A stretch of DNA of 63,406 bases from contig JBFWLW010000014.1 of assembly GCA_050251945.1 (NCBI GenBank), positions 1 through 63,406 of the forward strand, given 5' to 3'. The notes under the pieces are model-generated. The model searched no databases. It was not told the DNA's origin and saw only the letters and a program-made list of their open reading frames with translations. The translations under genes and the position numbers were made by a program. Shown here piece by piece: positions 10,020 to 20,731 of the stretch (position 1 is its first letter; each line of letters starts with the position of its first letter). Source of the DNA: Deferribacterales bacterium (GTDB lineage Bacteria > Chrysiogenota > Deferribacteres > Deferribacterales > Geovibrionaceae).

Positions 10020-11069
10020 CTAAACGGAGTATTTAATATTGTGGTGTATCATCTCGTTTTTCACACAGAAGAGCATCTGTCCGGGCGTCACTCTATAGTG
10101 CTTTTTGAATGCCTTTATAAAATGACTGACGTTTGTGTACCCGACGTCCCATGCAACCTCGCTGACAGAGCGGTCGCCTGTCTCAAGCATCATCTTTGCT
10201 TTTGCCATCTTTTCTTCATGGATAAAACCATAAATGGTTGTTCCGAATACTTCTTTAAAACCTGCCTTGAGCTTGAAATCGTTTATGCCTGATATTCGGG
10301 AAAGCTCTGTCAGGCTCGGAGGTGTGTCCATACATTTAAGAAGGTAACCTTTTATATTTTTAATCTTTTCAACCTCTCCGGGCTGAAGTACGGATTTTTT
10401 GTTTGAATTTCCGCCTGCTATGATAAATTCCGAGAAGACATAATTGAGCAGTTCATGCACTTTTGAACTTAGAAAAAGTTCCCTTTTGGGTGATGTGAAG
10501 GGACAGGAGAAAATTGCTCTGGCAGCCGCCAGAAGGATAGGGGAGGCTGTGTGGGTCTCCTCATAGAAGCTGTCGTTCTTGCCGAAATAATCTTCATATG
10601 CAGGTTTAACAAAATGCATATGACCGCGGAACAGTATTTGGGTGAGGCTGCTGTCAAAAACCACGCTGACAATTTTTATAGCTTTGCCGCTCTTTTTGAT
10701 GAACCTGCCGGATGTGTCGTTTGTTTTGCTGATGATAAGACTTCCGCTCTGCTTCTTTTCCCTTAATATCTCTTTGCCGTTTTTATAGTAAATACTTTCG
10801 TGGTCACATTCCAACGTTATCCCGAAACCTATCGGACAGTCGGTTGTCTTATATTCCATTTCCAGCTCGACTTCTGCGGGAATATTTATAAGAAAAAGTG
10901 AAAGTCCGTTCTGTATTTTTATCTCTTCGACGTATTTTCTGAAACCGAACATTTCATAATCATGACCACCAACCGTCATTTCATCACAGGAACCGGATTT
11001 GTTTTTAAATCTGTATATTGTAGAATTTTTATCAGGAACAATACTCATTAACGGGAATTTTTCCTTCAT
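10020..11069 (-). CDS. AraC-family regulator, PchR/YbtA-like
   Basis: PPSLTELS...KLKAGFKEVFGTTIYG...VSEVAWDVGYTNVSHFIKAFKKHY. Confidence 0.88.
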   Translation of the reverse strand: MKEKFPLMSIVPDKNSTIYRFKNKSGSCDEMTVGGHDYEMFGFRKYVEEIKIQNGLSLFLINIPAEVELEMEYKTTDCPIGFGITLECDHESIYYKNGKEILREKKQSGSLIISKTNDTSGRFIKKSGKAIKIVSVVFDSSLTQILFRGHMHFVKPAYEDYFGKNDSFYEETHTASPILLAAARAIFSCPFTSPKRELFLSSKVHELLNYVFSEFIIAGGNSNKKSVLQPGEVEKIKNIKGYLLKCMDTPPSLTELSRISGINDFKLKAGFKEVFGTTIYGFIHEEKMAKAKMMLETGDRSVSEVAWDVGYTNVSHFIKAFKKHYRVTPGQMLFCVKNEMIHHNIKYSV

Positions 11070-11096
11070 CTTTGAACCTCGGATTTCTTAAAGACT

Positions 11097-11119
11097 GTGA
11101 TAATGAAAATCATTATCAC
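11097..11119. promoter_or_regulatory. Fur box
   Basis: GATAATGAAAATCATTATC (11099-11117), 18/19 match to GATAATGATAATCATTATC, upstream of the AraC gene. Confidence 0.88.
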
Positions 11120-11223
11120 TTTAGTGAAAATAGTGTATATAGTCAATAAAAAACTGGTTATGTGATTAATGGCAGTTGTATAGATGTTTTGTGTTCAGAC
11201 AGTCGGCAATATTTTAACGATAA

Positions 11224-11297
11224 CGCCCCCGGCATGACTCGAACATGCGGCCTCTGGATTAGGAATCCATCGCTCTATCCGCCTGAGCTACGGGGGC
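11224..11297 (-). tRNA. tRNA-Arg(CCT), CCA not encoded
   Basis: GCCCCCG acceptor stem, TAGCTCAG D-arm, anticodon loop TT-CCT-AA, GTTCGAGTC T-loop. Confidence 0.93.
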
Positions 11298-11375
11298 GTG
11301 AAAGAAAAAACTATAGATTGAAGAAGTTTTTGTCAAGATATTTCTTTTTTTTGAAAAGTCTGCTATGTTGTTGCC

Positions 11376-12386
11376 ATGAAAAAACTACTACTTGTTATAT
11401 TTCTTATTGTATCAATTATTTATAATTCTTTTGCAGAAGCTCCCGTAATAGACAAAGATGTCATATCAAAAAGGATGGTCATGGTGGGTTTCCATGCCAC
11501 GGATTACAGGGATGAGGAGCTGAACGAGCTGAAAGACCAGATAGAAAAGGGGCTTGTAGCCGGCGTTGTGTTTTACGGCTATAATATCGAGTCCAGAAAA
11601 CAAGTGAAAAGGCTTATAGCCGAGCTTAATAAACATAACCACTCTTTTATTCCTCTGCTTATGGCAGTGGACGAAGAGGGCGGGCGCGTGCAGAGGCTCA
11701 CTGTCGATAAAGGCTTTGTTGAGGAGCCTACAGCTCAATATATTGCAAGGCACATGACACCTGAACAGGCCGAAAAGGTGTATGAGCTTACAGCACGCGA
11801 CCTTGCGGATGTCGGTTTCAATGTGAACTTTGCTCCGGTGATCGACCTTAACATCAATCCGTCCTCCCCTGTAATCGGTGCTATTGAGCGCAGTTACTCT
11901 GCGGACGTTGACACCGTTGTCGCATATGCCAAGGCTTTCATAGATGCACACAGAAAATACGGAATAATCACCTGCCTTAAACATTTCCCCGGGCATGGCA
12001 GCGCTAAAAAAGATTCACATCAGGGTTTTACAGATGTTTCAACCACGTGGAACGATATAGAGCTTGAGCCGTTTCAAAGGCTAATCAACGACGGTTATGC
12101 TGATATGATAATGACAGCACACGTTTACAACTCAGGCATAGACCCCGATTATCCCGCGACGCTTTCCAAAAAGACCATATCGCTTTTGCAGGACATGAAC
12201 TTTAAGGGGCTGGTTATAAGTGACGACCTCCAGATGGGTGCCATCACGGATAACTACAGTTTTGAGGACACTGTCAAGCTGGCTGTCGATGCCGGAAACA
12301 ATATTCTGTTGTTCTCAAACTACTTTTTTTATGAAAAACATTATCCCGAAAAAGTGCGTCAGGTTCTGGGAATACTGCTCAATTAA
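11376..12386 (+). CDS. Secreted GH3 beta-N-acetylhexosaminidase (NagZ-like)
   Basis: Signal peptide, DEEGGRVQR, KHFPGHG...DSH, ISDDLQM. Confidence 0.88.
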   Translation: MKKLLLVIFLIVSIIYNSFAEAPVIDKDVISKRMVMVGFHATDYRDEELNELKDQIEKGLVAGVVFYGYNIESRKQVKRLIAELNKHNHSFIPLLMAVDEEGGRVQRLTVDKGFVEEPTAQYIARHMTPEQAEKVYELTARDLADVGFNVNFAPVIDLNINPSSPVIGAIERSYSADVDTVVAYAKAFIDAHRKYGIITCLKHFPGHGSAKKDSHQGFTDVSTTWNDIELEPFQRLINDGYADMIMTAHVYNSGIDPDYPATLSKKTISLLQDMNFKGLVISDDLQMGAITDNYSFEDTVKLAVDAGNNILLFSNYFFYEKHYPEKVRQVLGILLN

Positions 12387-12486
12387 ATTTGATTTTTTAA
12401 TGACATGCCGTATGGTTTCTGATATAAAAAATCTTCCGATACAGGTGCGTCCAAAATCTGAAATAAACATATAAAAGGTGTCTTTA

Positions 12487-12720
12487 ATGAAAGCAAAAGT
12501 GTATGTCAGGCTTAAGAACGGCGTTCTCGACCCTCAGGGACAGACGATCCAAAGCTCAATCGAAAGAATGGGTTATGAATTCGCGAAAGAGGTAAGGGTT
12601 GGCAAGGTCTTTGAAATAGAGGTTAAGGATGAATCCTGCCGCAAAGATCTTGAGAAGATAGCCTCCACAATGCTTGCAAACATGATCATCGAAGAATATT
12701 CCATAGAGTTTGAGGCGTAA
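12487..12720 (+). CDS. purS: FGAM synthase subunit PurS
   Basis: GVLDPQG, VRVGK, LANMIIEEY; first gene of the pur cluster. Confidence 0.93.
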   Translation: MKAKVYVRLKNGVLDPQGQTIQSSIERMGYEFAKEVRVGKVFEIEVKDESCRKDLEKIASTMLANMIIEEYSIEFEA

Positions 12721-12722
12721 GC

Positions 12723-13421
12723 ATGAAAGCCGGAGTAGTTGTTTTTCCGGGGTCCAACTGTGACCACGACTGCTATCACGTTTTAAAGCATGTCATTGGA
12801 GCCGAAACGGTTTTCCTGTGGCATAAGGACACCGACCTTCAGGGTGTTGACCTTGTGGTATTTCCCGGCGGGTTCTCATACGGAGACTACCTGCGCTGCG
12901 GAGCTATTGCGAAGTTTTCCCCCATCGTAAACGAGGTCATAAAATTCGCCGAAAACGGCGGGCACGTACTTGGTATCTGCAACGGATTTCAGGTGCTCAC
13001 TGAATCCGGTCTGCTCCCCGGCGCACTGATGCGCAACAAGGGGCTTAAATTCAAATGCGAATATCTGAACCTGCGCGTGGACAATTCCGACACTCCATAT
13101 ACAAATATGTATGCCGACGGAGAGGTTATCAGCATCCCGATAGCCCATGCCGACGGCAATTACTATATTGATGAAGAAGGTATGAAGGAGCTTGAGGAGA
13201 ACAATCAGATAGTTTTCCGCTATTGCGACGAGAACGGAACTGCGGAGGACGACAGCAACCCCAACGGTTCGCTGGGCAACATCGCCGGAATAATCAATAA
13301 AAAGGGCAACGTCCTTGGTATGATGCCTCACCCCGAAAGGTGTGCGGAGGGTGTTATGGAGACCCGCGACGGTTACTTCCTTTTTGAATCCATAGCGAAA
13401 TTCATCGGGGGCATAAAATGA
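12723..13421 (+). CDS. purQ: FGAM synthase glutaminase subunit PurQ
   Basis: [31 protein letters not shown]. Confidence 0.97.
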   Translation: MKAGVVVFPGSNCDHDCYHVLKHVIGAETVFLWHKDTDLQGVDLVVFPGGFSYGDYLRCGAIAKFSPIVNEVIKFAENGGHVLGICNGFQVLTESGLLPGALMRNKGLKFKCEYLNLRVDNSDTPYTNMYADGEVISIPIAHADGNYYIDEEGMKELEENNQIVFRYCDENGTAEDDSNPNGSLGNIAGIINKKGNVLGMMPHPERCAEGVMETRDGYFLFESIAKFIGGIK

Positions 13422-15649
13422 GCGTATACGAAAAATTCGGTTTCCCCGAGGTAACGGCGGAAGCGGCAAAGGGCATGGGTCTTTCCGCGTCCGAGTTTGA
13501 AGGTGTTAAGAAACTTCTGGGCAGAACGCCCAACTACATAGAGCTTGGTGTCATTTCATCAATGTATTCCGAGCATTGCAGCTATAAGTCAAGCCGCGTG
13601 CATCTTGCGAAATTCCCCACAACAGCCCCCTGGGTTGTTCAGGGTCCCGGCGAGAATGCCGGTATCATAGAGGTGGACAACGAAGGGCTGTGCGTATGCT
13701 TTAAGGTTGAATCCCACAATCACCCGTCATTCATCGAACCCTTTCAGGGTGCTGCCACAGGCGTCGGCGGTATCCTCCGCGACGTTTTCACGATGGGAGC
13801 AAGACCCGTGGCGGCGATGAACTCGCTTCGTTTCGGTAAGCTGGACAAACCGAAAAACCGTCAGATATTTGAAGGTGTCGTTGCAGGAATTTCCCATTAC
13901 GGCAACTGCTTCGGCGTTCCCACAGTCGGCGGCGAGGTTTACTTTAACAGTTGCTATGACGGCAACCCTCTCGTAAATGCGTTTGCTCTTGGCGTTGTAC
14001 AAAAAGAAAACATTTATCTTGCGAAGGCGGAAGGTCTCGGCAACCCCGTTATCTATGTCGGAGCGAAGACAGGCAGAGACGGTATCCACGGAGCCACAAT
14101 GGCATCCGAGGAGTTCAACGAAAACAGCGAGGCGAAACGCCCCAACGTACAGATAGGCGACCCTTTTAAAGAGAAACTTCTGCTTGAGGCATGCCTTGAG
14201 CTTATGAAAACCGACTACATCGTCGGTATACAGGATATGGGTGCGGCAGGACTGACCAGTTCGTCATTCGAGATGGCATCCAAATCAGGTTCAGGCGTAA
14301 GACTTGACCTTGATATGGTGCCTATGCGTGAAAAGGGCATGAATCCGTATGAGATAATGCTTTCCGAGTCACAGGAGCGTATGCTTATGGTGGCGAAGAA
14401 GGGTTATGAGGATAAGGTAAAGGCTATATTTGAAAAATGGGATCTGGACGCGGTTGTCATCGGAGAGGTGACAGACGACGGATATGTAAGGCTGTTCTGG
14501 GACGGCGAAGAGGTTGCGGCTCTTGAGGCGGCGCCACTTGCAGACGAAGCGCCGAAGTACAACAGACCTTATGCCAGAGGCGAATACATGGACGAGCTTC
14601 AGCGTCTTCCCAAGGTGGAATCGCCTGAGAACCTTCAAAAGGTTCTTGAAGACCTGCTCGCAAACGAAACAATAGCTTCAAAATGCTGGGTGTGGAACCA
14701 GTACGACCATATGGTTCGTGTGGGTACAGTACAGCTCCCCGGTTCCGATGCGGCTGTGATAAGGCTGAACGAATCCGAAAAGGGTATTGCCATATCAAGC
14801 GACTGCAACAGCAGATTCTGTCTGCTCAACCCTTATGAGGGCGGAAAAGCGGCGATTGCCGAATCAGCACGCAACGTAGCTGTGAGCGGCGCGCGTCCAA
14901 GAGCGTTCAGCAACTGCCTTAACTTCGGAAACCCCGAAAAACCTGATATCATGTGGCAGTTCGTGTCAGCAGTGGAAGGCATGGCGGAAGCGGCGAAAGT
15001 GCTTGAAACGCCTGCTATCAGCGGTAACGTATCCCTCTACAACGAAACTGAGGGCAAACCGATACATCCGACGCCGACTATTGTTATGGTGGGTGTATTC
15101 GACGACGTTACAAAACGTATCGGGTCATATTTCACAAGCATGGAGAGCGCTGTCTACCTTCTCGGCGAGAACACCGGATACATCGGCGGCAGTGAGTATC
15201 TAGCGGCTGTACACGGATACGAACGCGGTGACGCGCCATGTGTTGACCTTGAGCGCGAGAAGAACATAATCGACTTCATGTGTGCGGCGGCTGACAAAAG
15301 ACTTGTAAAGGCAGCCCACGACATTTCAGAGGGCGGTCTGGCGGTTGCTCTGTGCGAGATGTGTTTCGGCGGCGACAATGTGGGTGTGAATGTAAAGCTT
15401 GAAAGCGGCATAAGAAACGATGCGCTTCTGTTCGGTGAAAACCACGGACGCGTCATTCTGGAAATAGACGTTAACAACGCACAGGCGATAACAGCTCTTG
15501 CGGAAAAATATAATCTGCCTATATCGAAGATAGGGCGCACATGCAGCAGTCTCATCGAAATTTCCAACAAAACCCAAAAACTGGTCACGTTGAAAGTGTC
15601 TGAGGCTGAAAAAATCTGGAAAAACAGTATCGGAGACAGAATGAAATGA
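13418..15649 (+). CDS. purL: FGAM synthase subunit PurL
   Basis: [32 protein letters not shown]. Confidence 0.97.
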   Translation: MSVYEKFGFPEVTAEAAKGMGLSASEFEGVKKLLGRTPNYIELGVISSMYSEHCSYKSSRVHLAKFPTTAPWVVQGPGENAGIIEVDNEGLCVCFKVESHNHPSFIEPFQGAATGVGGILRDVFTMGARPVAAMNSLRFGKLDKPKNRQIFEGVVAGISHYGNCFGVPTVGGEVYFNSCYDGNPLVNAFALGVVQKENIYLAKAEGLGNPVIYVGAKTGRDGIHGATMASEEFNENSEAKRPNVQIGDPFKEKLLLEACLELMKTDYIVGIQDMGAAGLTSSSFEMASKSGSGVRLDLDMVPMREKGMNPYEIMLSESQERMLMVAKKGYEDKVKAIFEKWDLDAVVIGEVTDDGYVRLFWDGEEVAALEAAPLADEAPKYNRPYARGEYMDELQRLPKVESPENLQKVLEDLLANETIASKCWVWNQYDHMVRVGTVQLPGSDAAVIRLNESEKGIAISSDCNSRFCLLNPYEGGKAAIAESARNVAVSGARPRAFSNCLNFGNPEKPDIMWQFVSAVEGMAEAAKVLETPAISGNVSLYNETEGKPIHPTPTIVMVGVFDDVTKRIGSYFTSMESAVYLLGENTGYIGGSEYLAAVHGYERGDAPCVDLEREKNIIDFMCAAADKRLVKAAHDISEGGLAVALCEMCFGGDNVGVNVKLESGIRNDALLFGENHGRVILEIDVNNAQAITALAEKYNLPISKIGRTCSSLIEISNKTQKLVTLKVSEAEKIWKNSIGDRMK

Positions 15650-17016
15650 TTTTTGATAAATTTCACGAAGAATGCGGGGTTGCAGGGGTTTACGGAAATA
15701 AAGAGGCGGCGAATCTTGTTTATCTGTCGCTGTATTCACTCCAGCACAGGGGACAGGAGGGTGCCGGTATAGCCGTCACCGACCGCAAACATATATCCTA
15801 TGAAAAAGGTATGGGGCTTGTGGCTGATATTTTCAGTCAGGAGAAGCTGGACAAGCTTCAGGGAGATGTTGCCATCGGGCATAACAGATATTCCACATCG
15901 GGAGTATCCGCTCTGGCTAACACCCAGCCCATAACCGTTACGATAAACTTCGGCGAAATATCTCTTGCTCACAACGGAAATATTGTGAACGCAGACGAGA
16001 TAAAGGACGGACTTGTGGCGAGGGGTGCGATATTCGGCTCCACGTCGGATTCAGAGGTTATTGTCCACCTCATCGCCAAATGCGGCAAAGATAATCTTAT
16101 TGATGCCATAACCGATTCTCTGCGCAAGCTTAAGGGCGCTTTTTCACTGCTTATCATGACAAACGACAAGATGATAGGCGTTCGAGACGCTATGGGCATG
16201 CGTCCGCTGGTTTTGGGTAAACTGAAAAACAGCGGATATATACTCGCTTCAGAGACTGTCGCACTCGACCTCATCGAAGCCAGCTTTGTCCGCGAGATAG
16301 AGCCGGGCGAAATGGTCATTGTCGACGATGACGGAATAAAATCCATCTTTCCGTTTGAGAAGACAACACCGAAACCCTGCATATTTGAGCATATATACTT
16401 TGCACGTCCAGATTCATACCTGTTCGGTCGCAACGTATACGAAGTGCGCAAAAAATTCGGCAGATGGCTTGCAAACGAAACACCGGTTGAAGCGGATGTG
16501 GTAATCCCCGTTCCGGATTCAGGTGTTGTTGCAACACTGGGCTATTCAGAAGCCAGCGGCATACCGTTTGAAATGGGACTTATGCGTAACCACTACGTCG
16601 GCAGGACGTTCATAGAACCCAGCCAGTCCATCAGACACTTCGGTGTTAAGATAAAACTGAACCCCGTAAGGGAAGTTATAGAAGGAAAAAGGGTTGTGGT
16701 TGTTGACGACTCCATCGTAAGGGGTACCACAAGCCGTAAGATTGTTAAAATGCTCCGCGAGGCAGGTGCTAAAGAGGTGCATATGCGCATCAGCTCACCC
16801 CCCACGATGTTTCCCTGCTTCTATGGCATAGATACTCCCACCAGAAAGGAACTGATAGCCTCTACCCACACGATAGAGGAGACCAGAAAATACATAACCG
16901 CTGACAGTCTCGGGTATTTAAGTCTTGAAGGACTGCTGGATTGTGTCGGCAGTACGAGTTACTGCCATGCGTGCTTCTCCGGTCAGTATCCGACGATCTA
17001 TAAGAAAGGTGAATAA
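15646..17016 (+). CDS. purF: Amidophosphoribosyltransferase
   Basis: EECG propeptide junction, [23 protein letters not shown]. Confidence 0.97.
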   Translation: MIFDKFHEECGVAGVYGNKEAANLVYLSLYSLQHRGQEGAGIAVTDRKHISYEKGMGLVADIFSQEKLDKLQGDVAIGHNRYSTSGVSALANTQPITVTINFGEISLAHNGNIVNADEIKDGLVARGAIFGSTSDSEVIVHLIAKCGKDNLIDAITDSLRKLKGAFSLLIMTNDKMIGVRDAMGMRPLVLGKLKNSGYILASETVALDLIEASFVREIEPGEMVIVDDDGIKSIFPFEKTTPKPCIFEHIYFARPDSYLFGRNVYEVRKKFGRWLANETPVEADVVIPVPDSGVVATLGYSEASGIPFEMGLMRNHYVGRTFIEPSQSIRHFGVKIKLNPVREVIEGKRVVVVDDSIVRGTTSRKIVKMLREAGAKEVHMRISSPPTMFPCFYGIDTPTRKELIASTHTIEETRKYITADSLGYLSLEGLLDCVGSTSYCHACFSGQYPTIYKKGE

Positions 17017-17028
17017 CGGAGTGATTTT

Positions 17029-17379
17029 ATGGAAGAGATGATCGTTATCCGTATGTTCGGCAGCAGCATGGAGTTTGTTTCAGGCTGAAGCCCATCGTAT
17101 TTTCCCACAGGTTGTGGGACACACGACGACCCCTACGAACAGCTTTCCTACAGGCTGGACGCGCTTCTGACACAGGAGTATGGACTCGGAAGGATTGATT
17201 TCAGGTATATCGACGTTTCATCGCCGGAGATACTTGATTATATCAGTGACATCGAAACCATTGTGGACGGAAGGCTCCCGCTGCCCTATGTTTCTCTGAA
17301 CAAAAAGCCCCTTTGCTGGGGACTTTCCGAAGCGGAGGACATTGTTACAAGGGTTAAGCTGAAATTGGATGAGAGTTAA
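17029..17379 (+). CDS. Candidate selenoprotein (116 aa, Sec at codon 20), probable thioredoxin-like fold; absent from the ORF track
   Basis: GGAG RBS, ATG 17029, single in-frame TGA 17086-17088, then 96 open codons to TAA 17377-17379; SECIS-like hairpin at 17103-17119. Confidence 0.68.
17103..17119 (+). promoter_or_regulatory. Putative bacterial SECIS hairpin
   Basis: TCCCACA-GGT-TGTGGGA; apical GGU 22-24 nt after the UGA. Confidence 0.6.
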
Positions 17380-17403
17380 TCAAGCCGCTCAACAGAGCGG
17401 CTT

Positions 17404-17563
17404 CAGTTTGTTGACAAAGTCATAATTTTCATTTTTCTCCCTCCTTTAGAAAAAGGAGGGTTGGGGTGGATTTGATTTGATTGATGTTTAATCAAAATCC
17501 CCCTTAATCCCCCTTTTGTAAAGGGGGAGACAGTAACGTAAAATCCAATTTGTCATCAGTCTG
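17404..17563 (-). mobile_element. MITE copy B (same ends, different REP-like cargo)
   Basis: Ends CAGTTTGTTGACAAA / TTTGTCATCAGTCTG; duplicated hairpin AA(G/A)CCGCTCAACAGAGCGGCTT at 17382-17403 and 17564-17585. Confidence 0.8.
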
Positions 17564-17707
17564 AAACCGCTCAACAGAGCGGCTTCTTTTATCTGCCGTT
17601 GATATGCTTCGCTCTGCTGCGTCGGTTTTTTCCCGCTCGCAACACACATCGTCATCAGCGGTTTTATTTTCCCTTGTTGCCAAAATCTTTATCATTTATA
17701 CTGACAT

Positions 17708-18835
17708 ATGATAAATACTCACTTTGCACCAGCCGAACGGGATCACATGGAAAAAATTCTGGCTGTTTATACGCTTATTGCATCCGAACCGATATTTAAG
17801 GCGCTGATGGATAGGCTCGAACAGAATATCCTTGTCCTCAACGACAAACGGCAGACCGTTTTTGTCAATAACGCGGTACTTAAAAGCTATTCCGTAGAAA
17901 AACCGGAAAATATTCTCGGACTGCGCCCGGGCGAGATATTTAAATGTGTGAACTCAAAGGAAGACGGCGGCTGCGGAACTGCTCTGTTCTGCAAAGATTG
18001 CGGCGCAGTGAATGCTATTCTTGCAACTCAGCTTAAAGGTGACGAGTGTATAGAGGAATGTGTCATAACTTCCGCGGACGGCGAGACGTATGAACTGCAG
18101 GTGAGCAGTAAGCCGTTTGAGTTTAAAGGTGTTCAGTATACTCTGTTTTCTCTTTGCGACATCGGACAGAAGAAACGCATGAAGGTGCTTGAACAGATAT
18201 TTTTTCATGACGTTTTAAACATCGCCGGAGGCATACATTCCATGCTCCAGCTGATTATGGACGGAAGCCTCATCGAGGACAATGCCGAGCGGGACAAACT
18301 TAACAGACTGCTTGTTTCGACCTCCGAACAGCTTATCAATGAACTTTCTGCGCACAAGATGCTGAAAGCGGCGGAGATGAATGAGCTGATAGTGAGCAGA
18401 TCAAAAATTATGTCCACTGACATTCTCGGCAGTGTGGTCGCCATGTCTGAAAACCTTAAAAGTGCCTACGGCAAGATAATATATCTTGATGCCGCCAGTG
18501 ACAGTTTTGAAATTGATACCGACGAATCTCTGCTGACCCGCGTGCTTCTGAATATGCTGACAAACGCGCTTGAGGCGTCTGATATCGGCGATAAAGTCAC
18601 TGTCTGCGCAAGAATCAGCGATAATATTGCCGTTTTCAGTGTTCGCAATAAACAGGTAATTCCCGAACAGAACAGGCATCTGATATTCCGGCGTTCATTT
18701 ACCACTAAAAAACGCGGTTCAGGTCTCGGAACCCACAGCATAAAGCTTCTTACTGAGAGATATCTTAAAGGCAGAGCCGACTTTTTTACAGACGAAAAAA
18801 CCGGCACAGTCTTCCGTATTCATATCCCCCTTTAA
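17708..18835 (+). CDS. Cytoplasmic sensor histidine kinase with a Cys-rich PAS-like N-terminus
   Basis: FFHDVLN H-box, NMLTNALEAS N-box, FTTK-GSGLG; C-x8-C-x5-C-x2-C motif. Confidence 0.85.
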   Translation: MINTHFAPAERDHMEKILAVYTLIASEPIFKALMDRLEQNILVLNDKRQTVFVNNAVLKSYSVEKPENILGLRPGEIFKCVNSKEDGGCGTALFCKDCGAVNAILATQLKGDECIEECVITSADGETYELQVSSKPFEFKGVQYTLFSLCDIGQKKRMKVLEQIFFHDVLNIAGGIHSMLQLIMDGSLIEDNAERDKLNRLLVSTSEQLINELSAHKMLKAAEMNELIVSRSKIMSTDILGSVVAMSENLKSAYGKIIYLDAASDSFEIDTDESLLTRVLLNMLTNALEASDIGDKVTVCARISDNIAVFSVRNKQVIPEQNRHLIFRRSFTTKKRGSGLGTHSIKLLTERYLKGRADFFTDEKTGTVFRIHIPL

Positions 18836-18992
18836 CCCTGAAACCTTCGCCGGTGGCGTAATTATCGCACTTTCTAATTGTGGTTAAATTTTGGTTTATA
18901 ATTGAAAAGAGTTTAATACTGTAGTATTTAATATCATAGCATTGAAATTTCCTATGTAATGTATTCAATTTTCATTTTGAGGAGACTTTTGC

Positions 18993-20675
18993 ATGATATC
19001 TAAATCACTAAAGACCAAGATTTTACTGCTTGTGTTCTTTCCGGTTATGATCGCCGCCGCAATGGTTGGTGTTTCAAACTTGATAACACTCAAGAAGCAG
19101 ACAGCGGTGGAGCTTCAGGAAACGAGGGAGAGACTTATGGAAGAGAAGAAAGACACGCTTAAACAGCTTGTCGATCTTTTCCTTTCGGCATCGGACAAGA
19201 TAATGAACGACCAGAACCTTACTGAACAGGAGGCGAGGGAACGTATCAAATATCTTGCGTACAGTATTAATTACGGCTCGGACGGGTATTATTTTCTTTA
19301 CGAAACAGACGGCACTCTTGTGGCGAACCCGATGACTCCCAAGCTTGAAGGGAAAAACCGTATCGACGTTAAAGACGACGAAGGGGTTGAATATATCCGC
19401 CTGATGATTGAAGAGGCACAGAAAGGACAGGGATATGTCCCTTACAAGAAATTTAAAAAATCCAAGGACGCAATCATGCCGAAGATGAGCTATGCGGCGA
19501 TGGTTCCGGGCGTGAACTGGATGGTGGGAACCGGATTTTACGTTGACGACATCGACGACGTTATTGCAGAGGTTAAAGCGGCGGCTGATGCCCGAGTGGG
19601 CAGGATGGTTATTATGACGGCTGTGGTTTCAATTTTCGCCGCTCTGGTATCCGTTGTGCTTGCCGGATTCCTGCTTAACACAGTTGTGGGAAACATCCGT
19701 CTGGTAAGCAGTACCCTTAAAGAGATATCCACAGGGGAGGGCGACCTTACCCGCCAGCTTCCGGTAACAAGCGCAGACGAGGTGGGAAGCCTTTCTGTCT
19801 ATTTCAACACCTTTATTGCGAAACTTAAAGAGATAATCTCATCTGTACAGTCTTCTTCTCATTCAGTGGCGTCAGGAAGCGCTGAGCTTGCCTCTGCCAC
19901 AGAGGAACTGTCTGTCACCATAAAGGATCAGGCTGCGCAGATTTCAGGCGTTGCTGCCGCCACAGAGGAGATGAGCAGGTCTTCCGAACAGATAGTTCTG
20001 AACCTGAACACCAACGTTGAGCTTGCCGGAAAGACTGAACGAAACACAGAACAGGGAAGTCTCATGTTGCAAAAAGCTGTGGACGAGATAGTCGGTATAA
20101 AACAGCAGGTTGACGAACTTGGAAAGGCTATAAGCAGTCTTGCCGATTCCTCACAGGAAATAAATGTAATCCTTAATGTCATAAGCGATATAGCAGATCA
20201 GACGAACCTTCTGGCGCTCAATGCTGCCATAGAGGCGGCGAGAGCCGGAGACCACGGAAGAGGTTTTGCGGTGGTTGCCGACGAGGTGCGCAAGCTGGCG
20301 GAGAGAACCCAGTCTGCCACAGGGGAAATAAGCTCCATAGTTGATAATTTCCGCAGAGAATCGGTCAAAGCGTCCGGCGATATGAGTTCTGCTCTGGTGC
20401 ACGTGGACAGCGGTGTTGACAGCATGAGGTCGATATCTTCATTTTTTGATGAGATCGTGGCTTCGGTTAAGTCCATGAACGAGATGAACAGCGTGATAGA
20501 AACTTCCATCCGCGAACAGCTTTCCGCTATATCGGGAATAAACGACAATACGCAGACCATTTCCGCAGGGATAGAGCAGAGTTCAAACGCCCTGCATGAG
20601 ATATCCAGAACCGTCAACGATCTTGAATCACAATCCGGAGATATGCTGAACGTGGTCGGTAAATTCAGGGTTTGA
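18993..20675 (+). CDS. Methyl-accepting chemotaxis protein (Cache sensor, HAMP)
   Basis: Two TM helices, YGSDGYYF Cache-type region, [20 protein letters not shown]. Confidence 0.95.
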   Translation: MISKSLKTKILLLVFFPVMIAAAMVGVSNLITLKKQTAVELQETRERLMEEKKDTLKQLVDLFLSASDKIMNDQNLTEQEARERIKYLAYSINYGSDGYYFLYETDGTLVANPMTPKLEGKNRIDVKDDEGVEYIRLMIEEAQKGQGYVPYKKFKKSKDAIMPKMSYAAMVPGVNWMVGTGFYVDDIDDVIAEVKAAADARVGRMVIMTAVVSIFAALVSVVLAGFLLNTVVGNIRLVSSTLKEISTGEGDLTRQLPVTSADEVGSLSVYFNTFIAKLKEIISSVQSSSHSVASGSAELASATEELSVTIKDQAAQISGVAAATEEMSRSSEQIVLNLNTNVELAGKTERNTEQGSLMLQKAVDEIVGIKQQVDELGKAISSLADSSQEINVILNVISDIADQTNLLALNAAIEAARAGDHGRGFAVVADEVRKLAERTQSATGEISSIVDNFRRESVKASGDMSSALVHVDSGVDSMRSISSFFDEIVASVKSMNEMNSVIETSIREQLSAISGINDNTQTISAGIEQSSNALHEISRTVNDLESQSGDMLNVVGKFRV

Positions 20676-20696
20676 TAAGAACTTATTTTCAGATAT

Positions 20697-20726
20697 AAAA
20701 AAAGCCCTCGTTTCGGCGAGGGCTTT
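20697..20726. terminator. Bidirectional intrinsic terminator between the MCP gene and ppiD
   Basis: AAAGCCCTCG-TTTCGG-CGAGGGCTTT. Confidence 0.8.
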
Positions 20727-20731
20727 ATCAT

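Larger units (their letters stand above)
6293..11218. mobile_element. Integrase-less genomic islet (MFS + TonB receptor + AraC) inserted at tRNA-Arg(CCT)
   Basis: Bounded by a 17-bp direct repeat that includes the tRNA 3' end; functionally coherent iron-uptake cargo. Confidence 0.7.

Noticed and set aside
12387..12486. Purine or ZTP riboswitch before purS
   Set aside because: No recognisable aptamer core or terminator; looks like a plain promoter region
17504..17799. Short ORFs 17504-17695(-) and 17599-17799(+)
   Set aside because: Overlap MITE copy B or the kinase start; no RBS or protein-like features
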